Shown piece by piece: positions 49,544-63,162 of a stretch of DNA of 64,000 bases. Position numbers and translations under genes: made by a program. Positions within the stretch are counted from its first letter, which is position 1; each line of letters starts with the position of its first letter. The notes under the pieces were generated by a model. It was not told the DNA's origin. It made no database searches and worked only from the letters and a program-made list of their open reading frames with translations. This stretch comes from Leptogorgia sarmentosa (Eukaryota): contig OZ210885.1 in the NCBI GenBank assembly GCA_964658305.1, positions 17,980,001 to 18,044,000 of the forward strand. The letters are read 5' to 3'.

Positions 49544-50897
49544 AGTGTTACTGCAACGAATTTTTCGACCCCTTTTTTATTGGCTTATTTTAAAGTACTT
49601 ACTCTCCGAATATGTTTACCGCAAACAGAATTAAAATTGCTCTTTTCAAACGGATTTTATGGCCTTTCAAAGTTGCGATTTTTGGCTACTTCCGTGCGAA
49701 CTTTTCGACCACCATATTAATGCCGTGTGACGTCACAAGTGTAACACATTGTCAACATGGCGTATATTTCTAATAGACGTAAAGCTACTCGCGGAGGAAA
49801 ACGCTGCGTTGCTGGCGGTCCTAACTTAGTTAGCTGCGTCAATGATAGCAAAACTGAAGGAGTATCTATGCATCTATTCCCTAATGAAGAAACAGATGCT
49901 CAGAGACGGAATAAGTGTGTGAAATTTGTCTGTAAACATAACCCGGGTTTTGACGCTACAGCGACCTCGTGCCTTCATTCGTGCTACGATATGAATCTAG
50001 AGTTAGCAAAATCGCTAAATATTAACTTGCTATGAATTATGACTATTTTCCTTATCAATTAATGAAATCAATTTATTCTGCCACAGCTTAAGTATTTACA
50101 AATTTAATAAATAGAAGGCAAGAAAGCCCAAAAGAAAGGGCCTATAAAATTGGGCTCTTTTACACACACACTTGTTTTGATAGATATTGAGACGGCAATG
50201 TGGAATCAATAATTATACTGATATCAATATATTGATACTAAAATTAACAATATATCATTACAGATGAATATTAAATAAAAGCAATAAAATATACATTCAA
50301 ATTTAGCCTACGTCGGCTATTTTAATTAGCCTAAAGTCTAAACAGTCTTGAACCTTCACTTATCACTGTTCCAGAGTTATTCTACCGTCGCTTCTTTGTT
50401 CAATAGTTGCTGGCAACAATCCATCTGGATCCTCTGGAACACAATTCGTTTCCCCAGGTTGTGCTATAGGTTCATCGTCGTACGCAAAGCAGTGCGATGT
50501 GACATGTCATGCAGTTTCACTTGAACTTTCACACGATTGCGGGTCCCCGCCAGACTCGTTACTCGACATGAGCAAAATATATTGTCTTAAAATGCATATG
50601 TTCAAGTTTTGTTTCAAAAGAATTTTTTTTCCGGCCAAAAAAGCGTGAGAAACACAGAGTATAGCTCTAACGCAATACAATTTACTAGTAGCTTCGCTAA
50701 ACGTGTTACACTTGTGACGTCACAAGGTGACAAAATGGCGGCTGTTTTGTTCGCATCCGGTATCGAAGTTTGGAGGCGAAATTTAGTTACTTCCACTCAA
50801 CGTACAAAAGTCATCTATACACCAAATTTCATCTTTCGACCTGAATATTTATTTAAGGCAAAAAAAATGAGGTAGAAAAATTCGTTGCAGTAACACT
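49544..50897. mobile_element. Non-autonomous Kolobok deletion derivative, 1.35 kb
   Basis: TTAA|AGTGTTACTGCAACGAATTTTT ... AAAAATTCGTTGCAGTAACACT|TTAA. THAP-domain start at 49757 (+). Second gene start at 50569 (-) with YDDEP. Confidence 0.88.
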
Positions 50898-50927
50898 TTA
50901 ATTTTTTTTTATATTTTAGTGATATTT

Positions 50928-53900
50928 TCAAATATCTTTTTTTATTTTTAGTTTGAGTCTGTTTTCGATTTCTATTTTTTTAATTCTCTTCACCTTTGGA
51001 AGTGCTTTTGATTTTTGGACTTTTCGTCTTTTTAAAGAAACAGATTGTTCTTTTCGGATATGTCGATTTGGGGATGTTATTCGAGTGTGTTCCGCTTTGT
51101 TGGTGTGAGCTATTTTCAACGTTTAACATGTCAGGCGCGTAATCTTGAATGTCCGTCTTCATGTGATCAACGTGTTTGAAAATAACCTCGTTGTCTATTG
51201 TTAGGTAAGGCGATTCTCTGTAGGATGCAGGTAGATTAGACCAGCCCCATCCATTATTAGCGTGAATGACTGAAAGCATATGCTTGCATGGTAGATAGTT
51301 TCTCTGCCAGTCCAAACATTCACAACTTGGCATATTCTCGCAGGTCTCAGAATTAAATTGTACCTTATAGCAACTGTTATTCGTCTCGCTTTTTACTGGA
51401 AAAATTCCAGTGTTGTCATTAATTGTTTGTATTTTGGCTTCATCTTCGTAAATTAGGCGTTTCAAGCAATGATCAACCAAGTAGTCAGGACAGTTATGTA
51501 AGTAATGTGGTATTTGTTTGTTATAACATTTGAAACCACTTGAACATTCCGTATTATTATCAATGTAACTAAAAAGAAAGAAAGAAGCAGACATTATGGG
51601 TGCACATTACTGTATGTAATTCTTTTGCATGCAGATTTACTGTATGCTATAGCAAAGCCACTTGCATGCATACATGCAATAGGAGTATTGATGCATAAGG
51701 TTTTTGTGCTTGGGCGGTGTGGTAGAACAGCATTTTCTTTTCAAGGGAAAACAACCACCAATATGTCAGCTATACATACCTCTCATACTTATCTGGAAGG
51801 AACTCTTCTATCAAGATTTTCAACATAGCACTCAAAGAATGTTTCCGTAACTTTTGCAGATACTTGTGTTTAAATGCACCATTTTGTCTTTCTAGCCCAT
51901 TGTTTGTGCTGACATATACCAGGACACGTTCTTTCCTGTATGCCCACACCCATCTCTACAAAAAACATTTTTACTCTTACAGGTTAATCTACCCCAAACT
52001 GTTTTTGATAGCTTAAGGATACCAGATAGATTGGTAAATTATTAATATACAAACTTGTTTATGACAAGGAATACTGCATTCATTATTAACAGTTTCTTGA
52101 CTTTCTCTCCTTTGATTTTTATATCAAAACTTCTAGACTAGTTAATTTCAGATTATTTTTGCATATAAACCGAAGTAAGCTTTAAGACCTTTGATTACTT
52201 GATGTCCCCAATGAATAACCACACATAACATAACTGAAATTTTTTACATGCCTGTTTGTGTTTTAACCACGTATTTTCAAACCATCGCCTGAGATTCGTG
52301 TTGGCCTTCCAAAAAGGTGTCTCACGTAAGCTTTGCAACGATCTCTCAAAACTTTCATGTGTTCTTGATCGGGCTATTTGTCTCATTAAGCCTAGCAGAG
52401 TTTCTTTGTTTTGGCTTACTCCATTGTCCTTCTTCGAAGTCCAGCGTTCCCATGCTTGCTCACGATGGAAATCGCACAACAGTACTCTGCAATCTGAAAA
52501 TAAAATTGATGTGAGAAAAAGTTGCATATAATTTATTCATCTATGGTATTATTACGGGTTTTTTCATCAATTTTGCCACGACAAAGTTACCTGGAAAAAT
52601 GGACTCTTTGGAATTAATTTCTTCTTCACACAGATCAGTCATAAAATAACTAGGCTTCCATTGGGGATTCCATTGCTGAATAATAGAAAGCGCTTCAGTA
52701 ATGCTCTGTGTCGTCTCGTCTTGCACAATAAATGAACCAACTATGGCGTGATCAACATTGGTTATAACAGCAATGAAGAAGAGTGGTAGAGAATATTTCG
52801 TAGTCTTGTAGGTTGCATCTAGAAATGTTAAATCTTGTCCATATCTTGCAAGCAACCTGGACTGCCATGCTGTTTGATGGACAAAAAGAAGCCGTCCATT
52901 TTGCTGTTTTGACTTAGTTATCATTTCATCTTAAATCACGTCTTCACAGTCATCACTATCATGATCCACGTCTGTTGTACTGGTGGGAAAGTCTGCACTA
53001 CCTTCTGCGTTCGGACGGAAGAAAAATTTATCATTGGATCGATGGTCTTCATTTTCCCATTTATTTATCATTTCCTGGACATTGTCCTGGTCGATTGCTG
53101 AAAGCCGTGATTTGATCGTTGCGTTGTACATGTGGTTTTTTATCGTCTTTCCTTTCGGAAAATATCTTCGATTACTTCGCCCTGGTTGTTGCTTTCCACG
53201 AAACAGATCATCTTTGATGAAAATTTTAAGATGTCGCTTCATCTCTTCAACGCTTCTCACGCCTTCGCCAACAAGCTCACTTATCTTTTCAATTACCTTT
53301 TCATCAACCCTTTGTAATATACCTCCCAGCTGAAATAATAAATACAAATGAGGGTGAGAGGATGCATAAAAATTTCCCAACAAAAATATGATGACATTTG
53401 ATGATTGAAATGATATTTTGTCAATTATTGATAATAAATTTGCATTCCTTTACCAGCCCAATTTTGTGTGTGGTATGATCCTCCGGTCGTGGAAAAGACA
53501 AGTAAATCCTGTGTTCTACTTTTGGGGATCCGTTTTTCATTTCTTCCCTCAAGGCAATTGACGCCGTATCTCTTTTTTTCTTGGAATCCACTGAAAGCTA
53601 TAGCATAAAACAAACGGATAATTATAAACAAATGCTAAATAAATTAAGATCAACGTCCCTAGTATAAGCAAACAAGAAGGCTTAAGAGAGGTTACACTGG
53701 CGTTTCATTGATTTTGATCGTATAATATTAACCTCGAACTTATGACTCATACCTTGAAGTCTGGAAACTTTATCACTTCTTTCATGTATATGGCAGCACT
53801 GCAATCCATTTTTTTGGTGTCATGCTTCCAAAACCGCTTTTTGTTCATAACAAAATCTCCGTCCTGACAATAAAATAAACGCTACTTTTTTACGCATGCA

Positions 53901-55122
53901 GTCAGAAGGGGCGCTGGGCAGGTCTTCCCTAAACTTCTATTGCTGTAAAAGCCTACAACTGTTCCTTATAAATTCAATTATATAGGGGGTAAGAATGCAT
54001 GGAATAGATGATTATGACGTTTATAATACTGAATTTATGCGGTAAGAATATATTTGGATGGACAATAATGGTCCTAACCCCCTGCCCCAACCCCCCCCCC
54101 CCCCCCCCCTGGACAATAATGGTCCTAACCCCCTGCCCCAACCCCCCTCACTGGCACAACTGCATGTCGCGAAAGTACTCACACATCCCAAAAGTGCACG
54201 CATTTTTATTCAAATTACCTTGACTTTTGATGCATGTTTATTCTTTTGATATACGTTGCGGTCCACACCATGCTGACACTCTAAGACGTGAGTACCGACC
54301 AAAATATATGGAATACCCTCAAAAGGTATGGCAGCTTCTGTCTTGCTGTTACTTTTTGATAACCAAGGCACGCGACGCGATGCAGTACCCTTCAGATATG
54401 TAGGAAGGAGACTTTCCGAAACAATATATATATGAGAAATCAAAAGATACCTAGATTTATGAATGTGGTTGTGTAAATTAATGAATTCACTTTCTTATGA
54501 TTAGCAATGGGGAAAACCCAATCTATAATCATTGCATGCCTATCGAAACGCTAGACCTCGCGCGCTGTCAAATGTGGACAGTATTTACCAATACTATTTT
54601 TTGTAGCTCCAAAGATTGTTCTTGAGACAATATAGAACGTGAGAAAGGTTCATGGATTGTACCCTGATTGTACAAATACATCGCTTCCAACAGTTCGTCG
54701 AAAATATAGTACCAGGGGAAAACCCGCACAACAACAAACATTTATTCTGGCCTCTTAACTTGTGTTTTGCGGACACACTCACACAGTCCTCTTATATACA
54801 TCGAAATGCTGCGTTTTGTAAATATTTAAGCGTTTTTTCCAAATTTCCAATGGTACGATTTGAAAATTGTCTTTGTACAGTGTGTTATATAGTGTCGTTC
54901 ATTGCGCGGGAAATACAATTTGCATATTCAATTTGCAAACTTACCGGCCTTTCCAAAATCCTTGCTGCGCTTGTAAACTGTGAATTTTGTTGTTGTTTTT
55001 AACTCGTATTCTTTTACAATTTCCAATGCTCTCTCGAATGAATGCACGAAGCCACAAAAAGGATTATTTTGGCCCAAGTTATTGATGTCTGGATGAAACA
55101 CGCTTTGTTGATATTCCTCCAT
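50928..55122 (-). pseudogene. MULE transposase with a SWIM finger and CaRF-like N-terminus, about 7 exons
   Basis: FLDATYKTTKYSLPLFF, FMTD, LCDFHREQAWERW, TNNGLERQN, CECLDW...PCKH. In-frame stop at 52931. Confidence 0.85.
54058..54148. repeat. 52-bp tandem duplication with C-runs, intronic
   Basis: TGGACAATAATGGTCCTAACCCCCTGCCCCAACCCC occurs twice. Confidence 0.8.
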
Positions 55123-55999
55123 GTCTCGAAAAACGGAGAACGAGCTCGCGGCCTGGCGACCAGGCTTGGTTTCCGTGTTATTGGTGTTAAATTGAATATA
55201 TACTTTAAGTATGGAGTATTGATGGACGGTGAACAATAAAAGAGCATGAGGGGCGCAGGTAATTTTTTATTTGAAGGCAAGTTATGATGTGAGGTGGCCC
55301 TCAGGTGGGGTTCCGTTTGAAGAAAGTTGTCCTGGGGAAAGTTCTCCAGGAGGGATCTAGGAACGCCTTCAAGTGAGGGGTCGAATGAGAAAGTTGTTGA
55401 GGAAACTTTGAACATTCAGAACTTCTAAATTGCCCGAATGAAGGATTTTCCTATTAAGTATCATATAACAGAATAATATTTATAATGACTTGAGCCCCCC
55501 TCCCCCCCCCCAGAAATCTTACACGGCAGGCATAGCTCCTGTAGACATTTTGCAAAGCTTTTGCAGATAAATAATAAAAAACATAGAAACACATAAAAAT
55601 CGTGACAGAGCAAGATTTTGTTTACATGGTTTCAATTGCTTAGTGTATTTCTATCATTTAAAATGTCTTGGTTGTTGTAAACAAAGGGTATTTGCTGTAT
55701 TATAATTGTGACTACTTTGAAGTATGGCACTGATATTATGATATATTTGTTTTTCACGCTAATTTTCCCACTTTCATGCAAATAATATAACTTTTTTTCA
55801 ACAAGATTTGATTGCATTATTTTATCTGATCAATAGTCATTGTCGATTATGTCCAATATCTCATATTCATTAGTCATTACCTTTCCAGTCATAAGGCTTG
55901 TTATTGCTTCAGCCCCCCAAGACAAAACAACAACTCAATGCCTTCAATGCATTAACTTCAAATTTCCGTTTTAACACCCAGCCTAATATAGTGCTACCG

Positions 56000-57152
56000 C
56001 GGCTGCAATAAACTCGAACTTCATGCAAGTGTCAAAATGAATCTGTGCATGCAGCTTATCAAATTTACCAACAAATATACAACTCAATAGAGAAGGTCGA
56101 CAATACCGAAAAGTGGTATACTCGACCTGCTACAATAAACTCGACCCTCATGCAAATGTCAAAATGAATCTGTGCATGCAGTTTATAAAATTTATCAACA
56201 AATATACAATTCAATAGAGAAGGTCGGCAATACTGAAAAGTGGTATACTCGACTGGCTGCAATAAACTCGACCCTCAAGTGTCAAAATGTTGTACACACA
56301 CGTTAGTAATTTACTGTCAGTTATGGTCCTATACTGTAAAAAAAAGATCTACCCAACAGCTTATAAAATTTAACAACAAATATATAATTCAATATAGTTA
56401 GAAGGTCGACAATACCGAAAAGTGGTATACTCGACCGGCTGCAATAAACTCGACCCTCAACTGTGTAAATGTTGTACATGCACGTTAGTAATTTACTGCC
56501 CGTTATTGCCCTACCTTTCACAAAAAATCTCTACCCAACAGCTTATAAATTTTACCAACAATTTTCGGTATTGTCAACCTATAATTCCAATTATTGAATT
56601 GTACATATGTTGGTGCACCATCTTGACACCTAGCTGAAGGTCGAGTTTATTGAAGCCAGTCGAGTATACCACTTTTCGGTATTGTCGACCTTCTCTATTG
56701 AATTGTATATTTGTTGGTAAATTTTACAAGCTGCATGGACAGATTCATTTTGACACCTGCATGAAGGTCGAGTTTATTGAAGCTGGTCGAGTATACCACT
56801 TTTCGGTATTGTCGACCTTCTAACCATATTGAATTATATAATTATTTGTTGTTAAATTTTATAAGCTGTTGGGTTGGGTAGAGATTATTTTGAAAGGTAG
56901 GACAATAACTGACAGTAAATTACTAACGTGCATGTACAAAATTTTGACACTTGAGGGTCGAGTTTATTGCAGCAGGTCGAGTATACCACTTTTCGGTATT
57001 GTCGACCTTCTAACTATATTGAATTATATATTTGTTGTTAAATTTTATAAGCTGTTGGGTAGAGATTATTTTGAAAGGTATAGGACCATATAACTTACAG
57101 TAAATTACTAACATGCGTGTTCAACATTTTGACACTTAAGGGTCGAGTTTAT
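56000..57152. repeat. Fold-back array: ~128-bp and ~183-bp related units, forward then inverted
   Basis: CCGAAAAGTGGTATACTCGAC..GCAATAAACTCGACCC recurs forward in 56000-56560 and as its reverse complement in 56562-57152. Confidence 0.9.
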
Positions 57153-58009
57153 TATACACTTGTCATCGGCTTCCCCGAGGGGTCGACCCCCGGGCTGACC
57201 ACGGGGATTGTCCAAGGTGGGGATGCAATCTTAATGAATTTCCCAGGGGTTGGAGGAACATAAGAGATCAAAGTCCCGTGGTCATTTCCTTACCTGTCGT
57301 AAATCCCCCCCCCCCCCAGCATCTTTTAAGCTAATAAAAAGGCCTGCTTATAAAATCTCATGATACACATAATCATTCGATAATCCAAAAGATAAAATCT
57401 AATCATCGGTATTTTGACACTGGATTTGAAGAAAATACTAAACATTTTACATATTTATGCTATAATTTAATACGGTATAACATATACAAAATGAACATAG
57501 ATTATACTGTCTTATACCTTTATTTTGAACTGTAAAACACAACAATATTAAAATCGCTAATGACCCTTTAGTGTTAAAAGTGAGAGACAAGTATGATATC
57601 TTTGATATGCATTTTAGGGGCCGATTATATAACCAGCCTCGTACCCTGTGTTATGATGCTACCTATCATTGTGTGACGTGCGTCGATAACTTGACGGCAA
57701 ATAAGCCGGATTTTCGGTATTTCCCGGCTGTACCTACACTTCACACATTGTGACACCACGTGCACGCCTGGGTGGGAGGCTGTTTCATAACTGATTAATG
57801 CCAGGTTCCAATTTAGTGAAAGTTTTCGCGAGAACTATGTTGCAAAGTGAATACATACACAAAGTGAATACACAAAACTAGACAAAAAACATCAACCAAC
57901 AGTAGATCACACGATAATTTTCGCCAAGATGAAACCAACTTTTATAATATAAAATTACATCGAAATGCATGAAACCTCAAAAAAGCGAACTTTAAACATT
58001 AAAGTCAAA

Positions 58010-61000
58010 ACATGCTACAAAAGGTTGCCAAGCATCTAAATGGTACAATTTGTACAATAAAAGTTTTCCAGTAGTTCTGCCTCTTGCTCCGTAAGGTTAA
58101 TACAATTGCCATGGAACCAGACATCGCAACTGTCACAACATATCATGAAACTAAGAATGAGAGAAAACAAAGTGAGAGGTGTTCAGCAGAGTTTAAGTTT
58201 GATAATCTATTCTAACTGAATTGGGGGCTAACACTAGTTTACAAATAATGGTGCTCTAAAAGAGTTACGAAACAATCAAACAAAACAGCATATTAAACAA
58301 GTATGAAAGGGTTTATAGTAAGGCTAGTTGGTCTGCTATTATGAAGACCATACCTTCCGTCATCTGCTTCATTACAGATGCAGTGCAATTCTGCTCGTGA
58401 ATCTTTTTCCACTTGTGAATCAGGTCTCCCGATGAATCGTTTTCTGCTTGTGAATCAACGTCTCCCGATAAATCCTTTCCCGCCATACTCTCTGAAAACG
58501 TAAAAAACCCATCAAATGTACATTTGAAACAATTTGGAATGCCCAGACTCTTTTATTATCAACGTTAAGTTAAGGCACTGCCGACGATCCAACTTAATGG
58601 ATCGAAAGCTCAGCAAAATAAATTTATGTTTTGGTAAACCAAATTTATTTTCATTATGTCACCATTCAATCACCACTTATTTCATATGCCATGCATCTGC
58701 AATATGATCACATATTGTGAATGCATGAAACTATACACCGTTTTGACATTTACGTCACTTAGCCTGGATTTCTCGTTCCCATGGTTTGTTGGCAAATAGC
58801 CTTACGTCTTTTACAAATGAAAGAGATGCTTACAGGCCAAAAAAGTATAAGTGACGTAATATCGAAAGGGTGTGATAAAATTTGATGGGTTTTGTAAATG
58901 GAAAAGATCGAGTAGAAAATTACATACATTTTTAGACCTAACCATGCACAGCTGCGAAAAATGCAACAACAGGTCCTAGCTGGCAGGAATCGAATTTACA
59001 GCGCTGTTATGCAATTTACCACTGCGCGCTTACCTTTGTTTCTTTGTGCTCATTTTCTTTTCCTTGTTTCCGCCGCCTTTTCTGCCCCTTGTTTCCTTCT
59101 TAGTTTAATATTCTTAAGATGCTCAATCCAAAAACTAACATCGGACTTGCTCAGCAAAGTGTTTTTCGCCAAGTTCTTAATATCAGCATCCGTGAGCTCT
59201 TCAGAACTATTGTCGAAAAATTTTCTTACTACTTCTCTGGGAGGCTCAGCACAACATCCTAGTCCTTTTTCTTTAATCAACTGAATTGTTTTTTCAGGGT
59301 CAAGATAATGGCCACGGCAGAAACTTACACACTTATCGCATTTACCTCCCCATCATTTTTCAGGATGTGGAATTGGAAGAGGTATAGTCATAAGTGATGA
59401 CCCACCTTCAAACCAAACAGGTGGCGAACTTGGTTTCCCATCACGGCAACGCGGATGAGGACATTCCTTCTGGTAGCATGGCAGGAGTATAAAAATGTAG
59501 TTGTCCGGCAGGTCTTTCACCATGTGGTTATTCCTCACATCCCATACCTTCGTGAAATACTTGTATTTGTCCGGATAATTCTTTTTGAATAATAGCTGGT
59601 TTTTCTTTGATCCTTGTAGAAATGTGAGCAAACGATCTCGTCTTTCTTGATTATTCCTTGAAACATCATCGCGACATCCTTTTAACAACAAAATGGGATT
59701 ACCAGAGCATTTCGTTCCAGAAACACTGTTAATGTAGGTCTCCGTAGCTGCACCAAGGTTAGATTCTAACCTGTCCTGGTCAATTCCTTCAGCGTTAAAA
59801 TTAGAACCAAGAATAGTTGAGGGAATAAACACATCAGAATGTCCAACCGTTAAACATCCATTCAATAACTCTACACGGTTCAAATAACTCCCACCACTAT
59901 ATCGAGAAGTAATGATGGTGCAGGTTTTGTTCATTTTCAAATGCCATTCGGTCCACATAAATTGCACCTCTAAATGATTGGGACCTTCGTCAGCTGCCCC
60001 GTCTACTCGAATACAATCAATATCTTTATTCTGCAGGATGGGTTCAAGAGCAGGTTGTTTCAGGAGCATTTGAAAATCCGCTGCATGTTGAGCCGGGTTT
60101 TTCGGGAAAACTTTTTGTGCTTTTACAATACCGACTGGCATTTCTGCTGTGTTATCGGTAGCCATAAACAAATAAGACGTTGTCTGCAATATCGAATTGT
60201 ACTTATTTACATAATCCGTTCGTGTTGTGACTTCGGGCCGTTCAGCTTCACCGAGAATTTTATGTTGTTTGTGTGTATACGTTGTGTCCAAACGGAAGCC
60301 CGCCGCATCATCTCTATTTAAGATAAACTTATTTCTTCCATCTTTAAGTTGAACATAGTCCAAACACTTATAAAACACACAGCTCCAATGTGCGTCTATA
60401 TTCAGACGTACATTAAATCCCTTTCTTGCACGCCGAGACTTGAGGCCCGCTACTCCCCAGTACCTACGCGCTGACAACCGTCTTTTATTATGCACCAGAC
60501 AAAGCTGCACAACTGTACCATAACCAATTTTAGTAGAATACGTCTTTTCTAAATGCCTTTTTAAACGCATGTACGTTACCTTCGGCCCCTTTTTTGTATT
60601 TCCACTAAAAGTGAGTACACCTGTGCGCCTCCATGCATCTGCCCCAACACGGTTTTGCTTCGCAAAGCTCTCGATTTCTTTTCCAATGTTTGGAAATTTC
60701 ATCACAGTTTTACTGACAGCCTTTGGAACCTTTCTCTTAAATAAAGCTGTTTTTGTCACTTCTCTTGCAATCATTCTTTTTTTTAGACGAGAAAAAGCAG
60801 CTTTCGTTTTTTTGACTTTTTCCTGAAATTCATTACCATGTAAATTATTTGTTCTTGTCAGGTTTACCCAGTCCTCGGGGTCATCGCTTTCTTCATCTGT
60901 TAATACCTCACCAGGTATATGACTTTCTTTCTGAAGTGCCTGAGCTCTTGTTGCTAGATATGCTTCACGAGATTCTTCCATTGCCTCTTTTTCAGATGTA

Positions 61001-62048
61001 GTATGGTCTGAAATTCTAACAAAGTCAATGAATTTGTTTAGCATGTTTTGAAAATCCTCTTTGTTAGCTATGCCTGGATATACAAGTTCCAACTGCGAAA
61101 GAAATGCAAACCAGTTAAAATCGTTTTGTTTCAAAATATGTAGTAACGATTGATTTGATGGGGTATCAGTGTCATCAGTAAATTGATCAGCAGTGCTAGA
61201 TTCATTACTTATCAGCAACTCTTGTAATGGAGTAGTATCCGTAACGTCGCTTTCACAACACTTTTCATCATCACTTTCTTCATCAGAACTGCTTTCTTCT
61301 ACAGAAATTCCAAAAGATTCTAGAACTGCATCTTCTTTAGCACTTACTATTTCATCAACAACCTTTCGAATGTTCATGTATTCATTGACTGCCTGTGCCA
61401 CTTCGTCTCTCACTTTATGCAAATTCGATATACCAAAAGTTGATTTAGCTTTTGAGGCAGACACTCCCGCTGTAGCCACAACTTTGATCAGTTTTTGTCA
61501 CTTTCAGAGCTTGCAAGGTCGCACAAGGCTTTCAGTGCCTCCCAGTTTAAGCCAAAAGATAATTTCTCTTGTGGAATTAGTTTACCAATCATGACTTGGA
61601 GTTTGATTAAGTCCGTTTGGGGAGTATACTCCATTGCATACAAAATCCCCTTAAGCTTCATGACAACTATGGGCAATTGCATATAACGCCGCACAGCTTT
61701 ATCAGATTTGTAAAGAGCTGAATCAAACTGCAAACAAAACAGATTTTTCACTGGTATCACACACTTGTTCTCCACAATTTTCACAGCATCGATTAGGATT
61801 GAACAGGTGGCGCATGATTCTACATTGCCATGCTTTTTTAAACAGTACATCTTTCGTGCAATTTGAAATTCCGATAAGGAAATATCTTTGATGTGTGATA
61901 TATACACGCCGTCTTCTTGTTTAACATCCTCTGATAAATTTTTCCCAACATAAGCTAAATATTTACAATAAATTTTTTCAGAGTGTAAGTCGGCATAGTC
62001 AGTGTCTATAAACTCAACAGCATTCTTTCTATCTACATGTTTAGTCAT
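58010..62048 (-). pseudogene. Zator-like DDE transposase with a homeodomain-like helical tail and spliced PHD finger
   Basis: NRDDAAGFRLD, IRVDGAADEGP, SGGSYLNRVE. Frameshift at ~61490 and TGA stops at 59353 and 59050. Exons 58492-58354 and 58150-58010 give CICNEADDG|SFMICCDSCDVWFHGNC...FYCTNC. Confidence 0.65.
58732..58877. mobile_element. ~145-bp intronic MITE
   Basis: TACACCGTTTTGACATTTACGTCACTT / AAGTGACGTAATATCGAAAGGGTGT inverted ends. Confidence 0.55.
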
Positions 62049-62945
62049 AAAAAATGCTCGTTCTGGTTGGAGGATACCTCTACATCTTCATGAACTTCGC
62101 TCATTGAATCACCTTCCAACACATTCTCGACATCCTTTTGCTCGAACTCATGATTCTCATCATCCTTATCGAGGTCAATAACGTTTGAGGTACCGGTATC
62201 ATTACTGGATGGCCATTCTATCAATGCTTCTGAATTACTGGATTTTCTTCCACTTGAGATATCATCACTGGATAGCCTTTCTGCCAATGCTCCTGATTTA
62301 CTGGATTTTCTTTCAGTTGAGGCATCATCACTGGATAGCCATTCTGTCAATGCTCCTGATTTACTGGATTTTCTTTCAGTAGATGAAGTCTTTCTCTTCT
62401 TGGAATTTCTTGATTTTGTCTCAGCTTTTTCCAACTTGGCCAACTCTTTCATTTTTAACTGTCGTTCCTGGTGAATTTCCAAAATTGACTTATTAATTTC
62501 TGCAGCTTCCAGGAACTTTTCTGTATTCGAATATTTCTGTTTTTGTTTTTCCAAAAGACCAATAGTTTCATTATGGTTTTGAATTGCCCCTGATAACTCT
62601 TGAATTTTATCTTTTCTCCTCTCATTGTGCAAGTACTGACGTTTCTTCGTTTGTTTTGATTGGGTAGCCTGTTTTCCAAAGGCAGTAGATCGAGAAACTT
62701 TTTTTTTATAACTGTAGCCTTCATCATCAACTCTCTTTCTTGCACAGGCAAACAACTCTCCTCGATCTTGCAACAATGCACAATCTTGTTTTACCAATTC
62801 CAAACTTGCATCGTTAACTGCTTTTTGATACTCTGATAAATCGACCAAATTGCCACTTCGACCATAGATTTTACTTTCCTTTTCTAGATATGCAGAGTCG
62901 ATTGTGACTGTGCTTGTCTCACCAGACACATTAACTTCATTAACC
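62045..62945 (-). CDS. Upstream ORF of the Zator-like element: basic coiled-coil protein with 3 x 21-aa repeats and an acidic tail (last exon)
   Basis: Open 294-aa frame with a splice acceptor TTATTAG at 62946. Its stop overlaps the ATG of the next ORF. Confidence 0.6.
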
Positions 62946-62998
62946 TAATAATAGAATAATATTTTCAGAGAATTTAAATTTAACATAAAGTAAAATTT

Positions 62999-63162
62999 AA
63001 TAACGTTTTAGATTTTGTGGAAACACCACGTATATGTATTATTGCAAAGCTTTCGGTCCGTGTGCCCGGACCGTCATCAGTGCTTGACGGCCCAGGCACA
63101 CAGACCGAAAGCTTTGCAATAATAAATATACGTGGTGTTTCCACAAAATCTAAAACGTTATT
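62999..63162. repeat. Hairpin with 78-bp arms and an 8-nt loop
   Basis: 62999-63076 versus 63085-63162, with 4 mismatches. Confidence 0.95.

Noticed and set aside
56000..57152. Regularly spaced repeats as a CRISPR-like or guide array
   Set aside because: The intervening sequences are themselves repeated, so there are no unique spacers.
57152..57802. Terminus of the Zator-like element
   Set aside because: No partner end is in the window, and it may be a separate small repeat. Left unassigned.
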